From an uncultured Planctomycetaceae bacterium (GTDB lineage Bacteria > Planctomycetota > Planctomycetia > Pirellulales > PALSA-1355), in NCBI GenBank assembly GCA_963785305.1, contig CAWAUV010000002.1, forward strand, positions 192,001 through 256,000: a stretch of 64,000 bases of DNA, given 5' to 3'. This document shows, one piece after another, positions 44,101 through 56,128 of this stretch (position 1 is its first letter; each line of letters begins with the position of its first letter). The position numbers were made by a program, and so were the translations under genes. Below the pieces are notes generated by a model. It saw only the letters and a list, made by a program, of their open reading frames with translations. It did not search any database and was not told where the DNA came from.

Positions 44101-47100
44101 TTCGATCGGCCGCGCACCGCGGCGGTCAATGCGTTTGGAATTGGTGGCTTGAATTTGCATGTGGTGCTGAGCGACCGGCCGGCGCCAACTCGAACTTCCC
44201 CGACGACGAAAAGTCCTCGACGGGAATCAAGCTCGCCAACAGCCGCCAGCGCCGCGGCGGATCGCGACGCGGTGGCGATCATCGGACGTGGCCTGATCGT
44301 GCCCGGCGACACACGGTCGCCCAGTTTTGGGACTTGCTCGATTCCGGCCGCGACGCTACGAGCCTCGTGCCCCACGATCGCTGGCGACTTTCGCTCGGCT
44401 ATCGCGCGGGCGAGCCGAGAGCTTGGCATAGTGTCGCCCGCCGCGGCGGCTTCGTGTCTGGCTGGGCTTATGACTGGCAGAAGCACAAAGTCCCTCCGCG
44501 CCAGATCGCCAACGCCAACCCGTTGCAATTCATGTTGCTCGACGCCGCCGATCAAGCGCTCGCCGAGTCGGGCTACCTCGACAAACCGTTTGATCGTCGC
44601 CGGGCGGCGGTCGTGGTCGGAACCGTGTTCGGCGGCGACTTTTGCACGCAACTCAATCTAGGTCTCCGTCGGCCGGAGCTTGCCCGTTATCTGAAAGACA
44701 CGATGCTTGCCATCGGCGCATCGCCCGATTTGGTCGGCCGGCTCGATCGCGAGCTCGCGGCGTGGTTCGAGCGCTCGATTGCGGCGCTGCACGATGAAAC
44801 CGGCAGTTTTACGAGCAGCACACTCGCTTCGCGGCTTTCGAAAACGTTTGATTTCATGGGCGGGGCGATGGCGATCGACTCTGGATCGGCCTCGAGCTTG
44901 GCCGCCATCGCCGCAGCCAACGATCTTCTGCTCACCGGTCGCGCCGACCTCGTGCTTTGCGCCGCGGCGCAGCAAGCGATGGATTTGCCCAGCTATGAAA
45001 TCCTTTCGTTCCTGGGCCTCTTGACCGACGACACGCCGCGTTCGCCGTTCGACTCGCAAGCTCGCGGTCATGTGCCCGGCGAAGGCGTGGTGGTGTTGGC
45101 GCTCAAGCGGCTCGACGATGCGCGTCGCGATGGCGATCGGGTTTTGGGTGTCGTGCGCGGCGTGGGCGTGGCGGCGGACATCGAACGGCCGCGGGCAGCG
45201 CATTCGGCGGCCAGCCGTCGCGCGCATCGCGCCGCCGGAGTCTCGGCTCGCGATATCGCCGCGCTCGAAGCCGGATCCGCTGTCCCGCGACACGATGCCG
45301 CGCTAGCCGAGGCGGTAATGGAAGTGTATGGCGAAGATCGCGGTGAGCCGCTTCGCCTGGGATCCACGATCGCGCAGCTCGGCCACTTGCAAGGCGCTCA
45401 AGGGCTCGTTGCGCTCGTCAAAGCCACGCTCGAACATGAACATGGCCAGCGCCTGCCCAACGCCGGCTTCACGGGCGCGATGGTCGCGTTGCCCGAGCAC
45501 GATGCAAGTCGCGCTCGGGTGTTTGCTCCCGCGAGCGATAAGACGCCGATGCCCCGAGACCGCGCTTCGCAACTCATCGCGATTCAATCACCCGCGCGCG
45601 GCGGCTTGGTTTATGAAACCGTGGTGGAATGCCCGACGCGCCAAGCGACGCCGCTTCCCGCCGAGAGGTCTCCATCGACGCGCGAGGCGCGACCTATCGC
45701 CGCCATGCCCAGCGCCACCGATTCCTTGGCCAGCGTTTCGCGATACAACCCGAGCCTTCCGGTGATCGCCGGCATTCCGAGCGCGCAACGCGGCTTTAGC
45801 GGCGCCGAGCGCTGGGCGCCGAAGGTGGCGTTTCTCTTTCCGGGCCAAGGCTCTCAATATCGCGGAATGCTCGAGCGGCTTCTGGCCGAAGACGATGCCG
45901 CCCGCGGCGCCGCGGCCGAGGCCGATGCGATTCTGCGCTCGCTGGGCGTCGGAACATTCGCCGAGATCGCGGCCGACGAAGGCCATCGGCTCGGCGCCGA
46001 TGTTTGGACCACGCAAATCGCGATGCTCGTGGCCGACACTATTATACTGTCGGCGCTCGCGGCGCACGGCGTGCGGCCCGACCGAGTGACCGGCCACAGT
46101 TTCGGCGAATTCGCCGCGCTGGTGGCAGCCGGGGTTTGGACACTCGAAACGGCAATCCTCGCCACGCGCGGCCGCTCCCAAGCGGTCGCGACCGGCGGCG
46201 CCCCGCGCGGCCTGTTGCTCGCCTGCGCGGCTGGACCCGAGGAGTTGCTCCGGCTAGCCGCCGAGCATCATTGCGAAGTAAGCGTCACGCATCGCAATAG
46301 TCCCCAGCAGACTTGCCTGGGTGGGGCGGAGTCGGCGATCGATCGAATGTTCGCCGTATTGCGGGAGCGGCGAATCGGAGCCCAACGGCTCGATGTGCCA
46401 TGCGCCTACCACACACCGTTGATGGCGCCGGCCCAAGAGCCGTTTGCCGCCGCGCTCGCGGATCTGCCGATGGCGCCGCCCGGGATACCGATTTTGAGCG
46501 GCGTCGGCCCGCGATATGTCGCCGAGCCGGCCGAGATTCGCGTGAGCCTTGTCGCGCAGCTTGTCGAAGCGGCGCCATGGGGCGAACAGATTCGCCGGCT
46601 TGCCGACGAGGGCGTGGTCCTTTTTATTGAAGTGGGCCCGCGGCAAATTCTCTCGCGACTCAGTACCCAGATTCTTGCCGGTCGCGAGGCGACGGTGCTG
46701 GCCTGCGACGACGACGAACTGAGCGCCGCGCAGGCTCGACCACATCGCCGCCGTGTGGCGATCGAACGTCGGCGAGGCGCCTTTGCAGTCGCGCCAGTTG
46801 GCTCCCATCGAGCATTTCGACGCCACGCACGCACGGCGCGAGCGCTCGCGGCGCAAGGCGCGGGCCATGCCGGCAAGCGTGTCCGCGGGACCGGCAGTGG
46901 TGGCATTCGACGCCACGGCCGCGCGTCGCCAGCGGAATACATCCGTGGCGCCATCGGCGCCCAGCGCCCGACGATCGTGCCCTCGCCCGCGCTACCCATC
47001 GCGCAGCAAACGGCGCCACCCAAGGACCCTCGCGATTCGAAAGAGTGCTTATCAACTTCGTGGTCGAGCAAACCGGATATCCACCGGAAGTCGTGCGACT

Positions 47101-50100
47101 CGACGCCGACCTCGAGGCGGACCTGGGGATCGACAGCATCAAGAAAGCGCAGCTCTTTGGCGAGCTGCGCGAGCAATTCGAATTGCGCCCCACGGGGCAG
47201 ATCAAACTCGCCGACTTTACGACGCTGCGCCGTATCAGCGAATTCCTCGAAGCTTCAAGTTCGCCGCCGAATGTCGAACAATCGGCGATTGAAGTCGTCG
47301 CGCGGCTAGCGCCCGAGCAGGCCGCCGCCCCTGGCGCGCCGGCGACCGTGTTGCCGGATCGGCTCGGGGCGCAGCTTGTCGAATTCGTGGTCGAACAAAC
47401 CGGCTACCCGCCGGAAGTCGTGCGCTTCGAAGCCGATTTGGAAGCCGATCTCGGGATCGACAGTATCAAAAAGGCGCAACTTTTCGGCGAACTTCGCGAG
47501 CAATACGCGCTAACGCCGCGGCCTGGACTCAAGCTTGGCGACTTCCCGACGTTGGGACATATTCTCGCCTATCTCAAATCGCAATTGGCCGAGCGCAACG
47601 CGCTGACGGCTTCGGCGGAGTTCACGAGTCCGAAGCCGGGCGCCGATCAGGGGGCCGCGAATGGCATCGCCAACGGCGCCATGAATGGCAATGCGAATCG
47701 TGCCGTACATCGCGCTCCGCCGTCGCCCGTGGTGCATGTTCCGCCGCGCGTCAACCAAGCCTTGTCCGAAGAGCTGCGGCCGCTCATGGGCAAGCGGGTG
47801 CTCGAACTGTCGGGCTCGCCCTACGAAATGGGGCGCCAACATGGCATCGCCATGTCGGGCGACATGCGGCGGCTCTTCCGGCGCATCGTCGAAGCATCAA
47901 GTCCCTGGAGGCCCGGCTTTGAACTGCCCAATTTGGAAACGGCGGCCCACTATCTCGGTCCCGCGGAGATCGAAGAACTGCAAGGCATCGCCGACGGAGC
48001 GCGAGTCGATCTGGCCAATGTGCTCGCGCACAATCTCTCGCTCGCGCCCGACTACGCGGCGGGATGCACGCAGTTTGCCATCTCGGCCGCCGAGAACCAC
48101 GGCGAGCTGTTGCATGGAGTGAATGAAGACGCGCCGCTCGCATTGCGAGCCCCCTTGGCTTTGACGCGGGTCGTGCAAAGTCGCCGACCGCGGGGGGCGA
48201 TGGCCTATGTCACTTTCAGCATCGCCGGGCAATTCGGCGGGTTCAATGGCATGAATTCGAGCGGCTTGGCGGTCAGCAGCACCCTGCTGCTCGATCGGCC
48301 CGCGCCGGAGCTGCCCGCCGTGGGACTCGTGCATGCGGCGGTCGTGAAGAGCGTGCTCGAGAGCGCGACCGATATCGAGAGCGCGATTTCGCTGGTGCGC
48401 GGCTGCCGGCGGCTTGGGGCTTGGAGCATGTGCCTGAGCCACCATGCCAACGACCGCATTTGCTATCTCGAATACGACCGCGACCAGGTTTGGGTGAACG
48501 ACAACGCGCGCCGCGTGTTCTCGACCAACCACAGCCTGCTCGGCCAGCGGACCACGACGCCTCCCGAACATTCGGCTCATCGCTTGGCTCGGCTCGAAGC
48601 GTTGCTCGGCTCGACGCCGGTGACGCTCGAAGCCGCTCGAAGCGCCCTGCGCGATCGGCACGATGGCGGCCGCGGACGCGTCACGCCGCACGCCACCATG
48701 AACACCGTGTGCCGGGTCGACAATCAAGTCAGCATCGTCATGCGCCCAGCGGCCGGCGAGATTTGGGCCACGGCCGGCGCATCGGCCGGCGGCGCTGCCG
48801 ATCACTTCTTCCTGGCGCCGTTTCCAGGGGAGATGCAAACGGCCGCGCCGAGCCCGGCAAACATTTCGCCCATCTTGGAGGGAGTTCCAAACGCGCCACC
48901 TTCCCCGGCCACGCCCAATCCGCGGGCCGAGGCATCGGGCGCCGCCTCGCTCGCGATCGCGTCGCGCGTATATCCTGCGCATGGCCGACAAACCGCTCGC
49001 CCCGCATCCTAGTTCGACACCCGTCTTTTGCGGCGCGGCGATTCTGGTGGGCGATAATCCGCTCGTCGGCGAGCTCACGAGCTTACTCGAGCGACACGGA
49101 GTGCGCGTGTTTACGATGCTCGACTCCGGCGATCCCGACCGCGCGGTGGCCGAGCTCGACCGGCTATGGAGCATCGCGCCCGCGCCGCATTTGTTCCTGC
49201 TCTCGCCACGCGACCGGCAAGCCGTCACCACACTCGACGCCGAGCACTGGCAAGCGCGTCAAACAGCCGGAGTGCTCACACCCTATTTTCTCTGCCAGCG
49301 GTGGATGCAATTCGTCGCCGATTGCGGCTGGATGGACCGGGCTTCGCTCGTGGCGGCCACTTCTCTCGGCGGCGACTTTGGTTTCTCGGGCCAAGTCACG
49401 AGTGTCGAAAGTGGCGCCCTGGCCGGACTGCTTAAGTCGATGGCGATCGAAAACTGGGTCGCGGGCCATCGAGCCATTCCGGTCAAGATCGTCGACACGC
49501 CGGCCGATCAACCTCCGGCCGATGTCGCAAGGCGCATGCTCGATGAACTCGCGGCCAGCAGCTACGACATGGAAATCGGTTACCCGGCCGGTCGCCGCGC
49601 CACTCCGCGGGCGATCGCCGCTCCACTCGACCCGCTTAATCGGTGTCCGATCGAGCGCGATAGCGTGTGGGTTTGCACCGGCGGCGCGCGCGGCATCACC
49701 GCCTATGTGGCGACGGAGTTGGGCGCAGCGTTATGGTCTGCGACTGCATTTGCTCGGAACCGCGCCCGCGCCGGCCATTCCCCCGGAGTGGCGCAATTTC
49801 TCGCCAGCCGAACTCAAGCGACTGCGCGGCGAAATATCGCTGCGGGCCCGGCAAGAGAATCGCGACCCGCTCGAAGCGTGGCGCGATGTTGAAAAAGCGA
49901 TCGAAATCGACGCTACGCTCCGCGCCCTCGCGGCTCGCGGAGTGCGAGCCACCTACCACTCCTGCGATGTGTCGAACCGGCAATCGCTGGCCAGCACGCT
50001 CGACAAAGTCCGCGCAGCTCGATGGCCCGATCGATGGCGTGCTCCACGGCGCCGGCTATGGCAAGGATATGCGGTTCGATCGCAAGCAGCGCGATAAAGT

Positions 50101-51422
50101 CGAGCAGTGCATTCGCGCCAAGACCGATGGCGCCGCGGCGCTCATGGAGCTCACGGCGGGTGATCCCTTGCGGTGGTTCGCGGCTTTCGGCTCGATCAGC
50201 GGTCGCTTCGGCGCCAACGGCCACACCGACTACTCGCTGGCCAACGACATGCTCGCCAAGCAGGTTTCCTGGTTCCGTCGCCAGCGGCCCAAGTGCGCGG
50301 CGGTGGCATTTCATTGGCATGCCTGGGGCGACGTGGGCATGGCCACGAAGCCGGAAACCAAGCTGGCGCTTGAATTGATCGGCATGCAGTTCATGCCGGC
50401 TCGCGAAGGCTTGGAACATTTGATCGCGGAGCTCGAAGCCGGCACTCCCGAGGGCGAAGTGCTGATCACCGATGATCGCTACTACCGTCTGTTCTTTCAT
50501 GCCGAAACGCTCGCCCGCGCCGGCGGGCCGGCCCAAGCGGCGCCGGCGCTGATCGCCGAAGTCGATGTGCGGCGCAAGGCGCATCGCATCGCGGCGAACG
50601 TGCCGCTCGATCCGACCAAGGAGCCATTTCTCCTCGATCATCGCCTTGGCGGCCGGCAACTCTTGCCGGTGGCGGTCAGTCTCGAACTATTGGCGGAAGC
50701 GGCGCTGCTTGTCTCGGAAGGCAATCGAACCGCCGAATTTCGCAATGTCGACATCGTGAACGGTTTTAAGTTTCACACCGATGATCCGCGTTTGGTGCAT
50801 GTGACAGCCGACGCGCTCCACGGCGCCATGGCCCGTTGTCGACTCAGCGCCGATGTGCTCACGCGCGACGGGCAACTCGTCGCGCCCGACCGTGCCTTGC
50901 TTACCGGCGACGTAATGTTTCGCGAAGCCAGTGCTGCATCGCGAGGCGAAGCGCCGGGCGACGACCTCTGGCGCCAAGCGCCGGACACGGGTTGGACCCG
51001 GGTCGCGTATCCGGAAGCCGAGGCGATGTTCTTTGTCGGACCTTCGCTCCGCTGTTTGCGGCGGATTCGCGTCGAACCGAATCGTATCTGGGGCAAGATC
51101 ATCGCTCCGGCGCTGGTGGAACTGGCCGGCCCCAAACGGCGGGTCGAGGGCTGGCAGGTTCCGAGCGCGCTGGTCGACGCATGTCTCCACGCCGTGGGCA
51201 CGCTGGCCGCGATCCAACACGCTCCCGGCATGTCGCTGCCGCGCTACTTCGAGCGACTCGCGCTCGGCAGCCTGCCCCAGCCAGGAGAAATGTGCTTGGC
51301 GCGGGCCACGCTACGAGCCACCGCCGGCAACGAAGCCACTTATGATTTTCATGTCGTCGGCGGCGATGGGCGGCATGCTGCTCGAAGCGAGTGGATATCG
51401 CGTCGCGCGGATCGGGGGTTAG
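41158..51422 (+). CDS. Iterative type I PKS / PUFA-synthase-like megasynthase: R-SCP2-KS-KS*-AT-ACP-ACP-C45-KR-DH (about nine apparent frameshifts)
   Basis: R: SGATGLLG, YERSK, RPSIIVG, NLVPVD. SCP2-like: IGLDVSGSGGGQWT. KS1: DAACASSL / ETHATST / KSNIGH. KS2: DSGSASSL. AT: FPGQGSQ, GHSFGE, AYHT. ACP: LGIDSIKK twice. C45: AGCTQF, HGVNED, GMNSSGL, TNH. KR: GGARGIT, DYSLAN. DH: DHRLGGRQLLP, LVDACL. The single-gene status is inferred across frame breaks near 41280, 43570, 44310, 46730-47045, 48965, 49725, 50015 and 51370. Confidence 0.85.
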
Positions 51423-51428
51423 GCGATC

Positions 51429-52710
51429 ATGTACCACAGTTCCACCCGACTTCCGCATCTCGCTCCGCCGGCTTGGTACCACGCGCCGGAGCACTACGAG
51501 CGCGAGTTGGCGACATTGTTCGTGCCAGGCTGGACCCTGGTGGCGACGCGCGACGATTTGGCGCGCCCCGGCGATTTCCTCACCACGGTTCTCCATGGTC
51601 GGCCGGTGCAAGTGCGCAATGTGGCGGGCGAATTGCGCGCGTATTCGAATGTGTCGCGCATCGCCATTGCCTGCTCACGAGCCAAGAGCGGGGCAACAGT
51701 CCGCGCCGCGCTGCCAATACCACGGCTGGGAATACGATGCCCAGGGCCGCGCCGCCAAGATTCCGCAGCCGAAGAACTTTGTTCCTTTCGAACGCGATGC
51801 CCTGGGTTTGCCCGAGTACCGCGTCGAGTCCCGCGGCCAATTGGTGTTTGTCTCGCTCGATCCGCAAGCGCCGCCGCTTGTCAGCGCGCTCGGCCCTTGG
51901 AGCGATCTCTGCGCCGAACGCTTCGGCCCCGGCTGGCGATGCGATTGGAAATGGACGCCCGACTATGCGGCCAACTGGAAAGTACCGGTCGAGAACTCGC
52001 TCGAGGCGTATCATGTGCCGGCAATCCATCAACGCACATTCGGCGACGATCCTGGCGAAAGCCGCGCCACGCACACGCTTGAGCCCGGCGGCACTTCCTA
52101 CGAGACCGATTTGCCCTTCTGCCCCCACAATCGGCTCGACCTCTGGTTTCAACAGTTCGAGGGCCGTTTGCTTCGCCGACTCGGAGTCGAGCCCACGCGG
52201 CGCTATGTGCAAGCGCATGCCTTTCCCAACATGCTGTTTTCGTTTACCGACACGATCAGCCTTTGCCATGCCGTGATTCCGACATCGCCCACGACAAGCC
52301 GCGCCGTCGTGCTGCAGTTTGGCCGGGCCGACACTCAGTGGCGCTCCTGGCGCCGGGGGGTGGCTCGGGCCTGGGGACGCTTGGCGCGCGAATCACCCGC
52401 GCCATTATGCGCGAAGATCTATCGCTCTACGCCGACATTCAACGTGGCCTTGTCGCAAGTCCGCATGCCGGCGTGCTCGGTCGCTCGGAAGAGCGGATCC
52501 ATGCGTTTCATCGCTATCTGGTCGACCGGCTCGCAACGGGTTCCGAACAACTCGCCGCCGAGCCATCGCCGCCCGCGCGAATCCGAACCCCAGCGACCGT
52601 CGGTCGACTCGGCCCAGGATTGCGACCCCGCCTGTTACCGGCGGACTCTCGAATCGCGGCATGGCGTGCATTCGCAAGCCGATTTGTCGGAATCGTTCAC
52701 CACTCCTTGA
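51429..52710 (+). CDS. Rieske non-heme iron oxygenase alpha subunit (frameshifted)
   Basis: SNV.SHRHC...RCQYHGWEY (Rieske), ANWKVPVENSLEAYHVPAIH (mononuclear Fe), REDL...IQRG, EERIHAFH. The end is uncertain. Confidence 0.88.
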
Positions 52711-52724
52711 GGGAACCGTTAACC

Positions 52725-53487
52725 ATGTTTCGCATCGATGGTCAAGTGGCCTTGGTTACCGGCGGCTCGCGCGGTATCGGGCGAGCCTGCGCGCTTCGGC
52801 TGGCGGAAGCCGGGGCCGATGTGATCGTGAACTATGTCACTTCACAATCGGCCGCCCAGCAAGTGGCCGAAAAGATTCAGCAGTTCGGCCGCCGCGCTGC
52901 CGTCGTGAAGGCCGACGTAAGCGAATGGGACGATATCCAAGCCATGATACAGTTTGCCCGCGAGCGATTCGGGCGACTGGACATTCTGGTGAGCAATGCG
53001 GCCAGCGGTGGCTTTCGCCCGCTGCTCGAAGCCAACGCGCGCCATTTCGAGGCGGCGATGAACACCAACGTGCGCTCGCTGCTCTACTTGGCCCAAGCGG
53101 CCAAGGACTTGCTCCAGCGCGAATCGGGTGCTGGCGCGTGATCGCGCTATCGAGCCACGGCTCGCATCGCCCGCTACCGGCCTATGGCCTGATCGGCGCC
53201 TCGAAGGCGGCACTCGAGAGCGTGGTGCGACAACTGGCTTTCGAAATGGCGCGCATGGCGTGAACTGCAATGTCGTGCTCGCCGGACTCACGCCCACCGA
53301 CTCGACCCGGGCGCTGCCAGGAGCCGAAGCGATTTTCGCCGGCGCCAAGGCAAAGTCGCTCGTCGGCGGTCGGCTGCTCACGCCGGAAGATGTCGCCAAT
53401 GCGGTGCTGTTTCTCGCCAGCCCGCTCGCTGAATTGGTGCAGGGCCAAACACTGATTGTCGATGGCGGCGAGGGGATTTGCCCCTAG
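52725..53487 (+). CDS. FabL-like enoyl-ACP reductase (SDR; two frameshifts)
   Basis: TGGSRGIG, SNAASGGFRP, Y-x6-K motif YGLIGASK, GQTLIVDGG. Confidence 0.82.
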
Positions 53488-53550
53488 TCCAACGATTTCC
53501 AACGAATCAACGTGGCTCCGCCGGGGCGCCGCGATTGGAGAGTCAACGCC

Positions 53551-54975
53551 ATGCCACGCACCGCCGAAGACGCCGCGCTTTCGCCGCTTGGTTCCGACGC
53601 GACCGAGGCCGCTTCGCCTCGGCGGACCCTCGAACAGTTTTGGCCGGCGCCGCTCACGGCGATCGAATGGTTCATGGTCGCCTCGGAAGAACCCGGCTAT
53701 CCGCTCACATTCTTCAGCGACTTCGTGTTCCAAGGCATTCTGCGCCGGCCCGAGTTCGAGGAGGCCCTGCGGGTGACACTCGAGCGTCATCCGCTCGCGA
53801 TCTCGCGATTGGAGCGCAATCCGGCCGGCGGCTTGGCCTGGGTCGATGGCCGCGACACGCCGACCACGATCGATTGGGCATCCGCCGGGGCGCCGCTCGA
53901 ACCCGCGCCGGCGATCGATCTCGAGCGCGAGACCGGAGTGCGCGCTTGGGTGCGAGTGGGTAATGGGAAGACATGGCTCCGATTCGAAACGCATCATGCG
54001 GTGAGCGACGGGCATGGCGGCATGCGTTTTCTCGAGGACTTGCTCGTCGCCTACGCCGCGATCCACGCCGGACGCTCGCCCGAGGAAACACTTTCGCCGA
54101 TCGACTCGCGCCGGCTCGCGCGGCGCGGCGCGTTCGATACTCTCGCCGGCGCCGAGCCTTGGCAAGCAGTGGTCGCGCGGGTCATGCGCCATGCGTCGGA
54201 ATATCTTGGCGTTCGCCCTCGACCGCTGGCAGGCTCCGGGCCGCCGGCGTCGCGATCAAGCCTCGCCCCCGCGATGCTCACGCACTCGTTCGACGAAGCC
54301 CGGTCGAGCTCCGTGCGCACGGCGATCGCCCGCGAGCCCGGCACCCTCAACGACCACGCGCTCGCGATCGCGCTTCGTCTTCTGGCCGCGTGGAACGAGC
54401 GACATGACCCGAGGGCCGATCAGGGACGCCTGCGAGTGCTCGTGCCGGTCGATCTGCGCGGACCCGGCGACGAACGGATGCCCGCGGCCAATGTGCTGAC
54501 GTTTTCGTTCGTCACGCGCCGCGCCGTCGATTGTCAAAACACGTCCGCGCTGTGCGCCGGTCTCACGGCGGAGATGGCGCTGATTCAGCGCGAGCGGTTG
54601 GGCACCGCGTTTTTGCACGCCATGGCGGGTCTGCGTCTTGTTCCGGGCGCGCTGTCGCTTATCACGCGTTCGACGAGTTGCCAAGCCACGGCCGTGCTTT
54701 CGAACGTGGGCGATCCCACCCGGCGGTTTCAAGCACGGCTGCCGCGCGAGCAGGGAAGGCTCATGGTGGGCGATCTGCGGCTCGAATCGATCACGGCCGC
54801 TCCGCCCTTGCGCCGCGGAACACGCGCCGCTTTTCTGATCTCGGCCTACGCCGGTCGCATCGTGCTCAGCCTGCGCACCGATCCGCGGTTCATCTCGCCC
54901 GACGACGCCCAGTCGCTCATGCGCGGCTTCGTGGAAGGCTGGCGCGAACTGTGCGGCCCGAGCGACGTCGGCTAG
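53551..54975 (+). CDS. Stand-alone condensation-domain / CoA-dependent acyltransferase (PapA5- or WS/DGAT-like fold)
   Basis: PLTAIE, LERHPL, catalytic HHAVSDG, TLND, VPVDLR, SNVG. Confidence 0.85.
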   Translation: MPRTAEDAALSPLGSDATEAASPRRTLEQFWPAPLTAIEWFMVASEEPGYPLTFFSDFVFQGILRRPEFEEALRVTLERHPLAISRLERNPAGGLAWVDGRDTPTTIDWASAGAPLEPAPAIDLERETGVRAWVRVGNGKTWLRFETHHAVSDGHGGMRFLEDLLVAYAAIHAGRSPEETLSPIDSRRLARRGAFDTLAGAEPWQAVVARVMRHASEYLGVRPRPLAGSGPPASRSSLAPAMLTHSFDEARSSSVRTAIAREPGTLNDHALAIALRLLAAWNERHDPRADQGRLRVLVPVDLRGPGDERMPAANVLTFSFVTRRAVDCQNTSALCAGLTAEMALIQRERLGTAFLHAMAGLRLVPGALSLITRSTSCQATAVLSNVGDPTRRFQARLPREQGRLMVGDLRLESITAAPPLRRGTRAAFLISAYAGRIVLSLRTDPRFISPDDAQSLMRGFVEGWRELCGPSDVG

Positions 54976-56128
54976 CCGCCGACGGCGACGGTCACGGGTC
55001 GCGGGAGAAATCGCTCATAGGCTTGCACGAGGCCAAGGGCGGTGTGGTCCCAAGTTCGATTCGCGAGGATATGCTCCTTGAGTTCGCCGCGCGCGGGCGC
55101 TCGCCAAGCGCCTGCGATCGTTTCGCGAATATGGCTCACGTCGTAGGGATCGACATAGTCGACCAAGGGGCCGAAATAATCGGGCGGGCCGCCTCGGCTC
55201 GTGGCCACGACCTTGGCGCCCTGCGCCGCGGCCTCGAGCGCCACCAACCCCACGCCTTCATGCACGGATGGCAAACAAAACACTCGGCAGGCCGCATAGA
55301 GCGACTCGCGCACCGCGGCCGGCTGAAAGCCGAACAGCTTCACGCTCGGAAAACGCTGGGCGAGCGACTGAATTCGGTCGAGCGTCGGTCCCGGTTCGGC
55401 GAAGCCGGCAATCACCAGCGGGAGCCCCAGCGGTCCGACCGCTTCGATCAACCGGCAAACGTTCTTGCGCTCGTCGCTATAACGACTGATATGCAAGAGA
55501 AATTCATCGGGCAGGTCGAGCGATGCCCGGGCCAAGGCGGGATCGGCGGGCACGGGCCGATGGATGCCGTGGAGCACGATCTCGGTTTTGTCGGACGAAA
55601 TGCCCAAGCCGCGCACGACGCGTTCGCGTTCATGCTTCGAGCGACAAACCACGAGTCCGGCGGCAAGCGCTTGCCGCCGCATGACGCCGGGGATCGTTAG
55701 AATTCGATTCGGCCAAACGCAACCGACTTCGGCCGCGAGCCGGTAGCGCCAGAAGGATTCATTGCTATCGATCGCCGGCGAGAAACAAAGAAGGGGAATT
55801 CGGCTCGGAATCCGGAGACCTTCAATGGCATGGCAGCCGAGCCCGCCCAAAAAAAACTGCACCACATCGCACTGCCCCGGCTCATAGGGGCGCCAGGGAT
55901 CGAGGGCGGTGAAGTCATGGCCGCGCCAAGCAGCGCTTCGCCGATCATTCGCGCGCAGCCCTCACGCCTTCGCCCGGCTGGGCAAGCGCCGTGGTCGCCT
56001 GAATGAGAAAGCCGATCTTCAAGGTTATCTCGCTCGGGACTTGGTTGCGTTCGACGGGACGGGCCTCGAGCGCCACTCCGCGCCACGCCAAGCCACGAGC
56101 GAACCCGGTCGCGCAAGGGCCGGATCAC
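54972..56128 (-). CDS. Glycosyltransferase family 4 (N-terminus frameshifted; start 56128 or TTG 56022)
   Basis: ERKNVCRLIEA, FCLPSVHEGVGLVALEAAAQG, DPYD, TWD. Confidence 0.85.
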
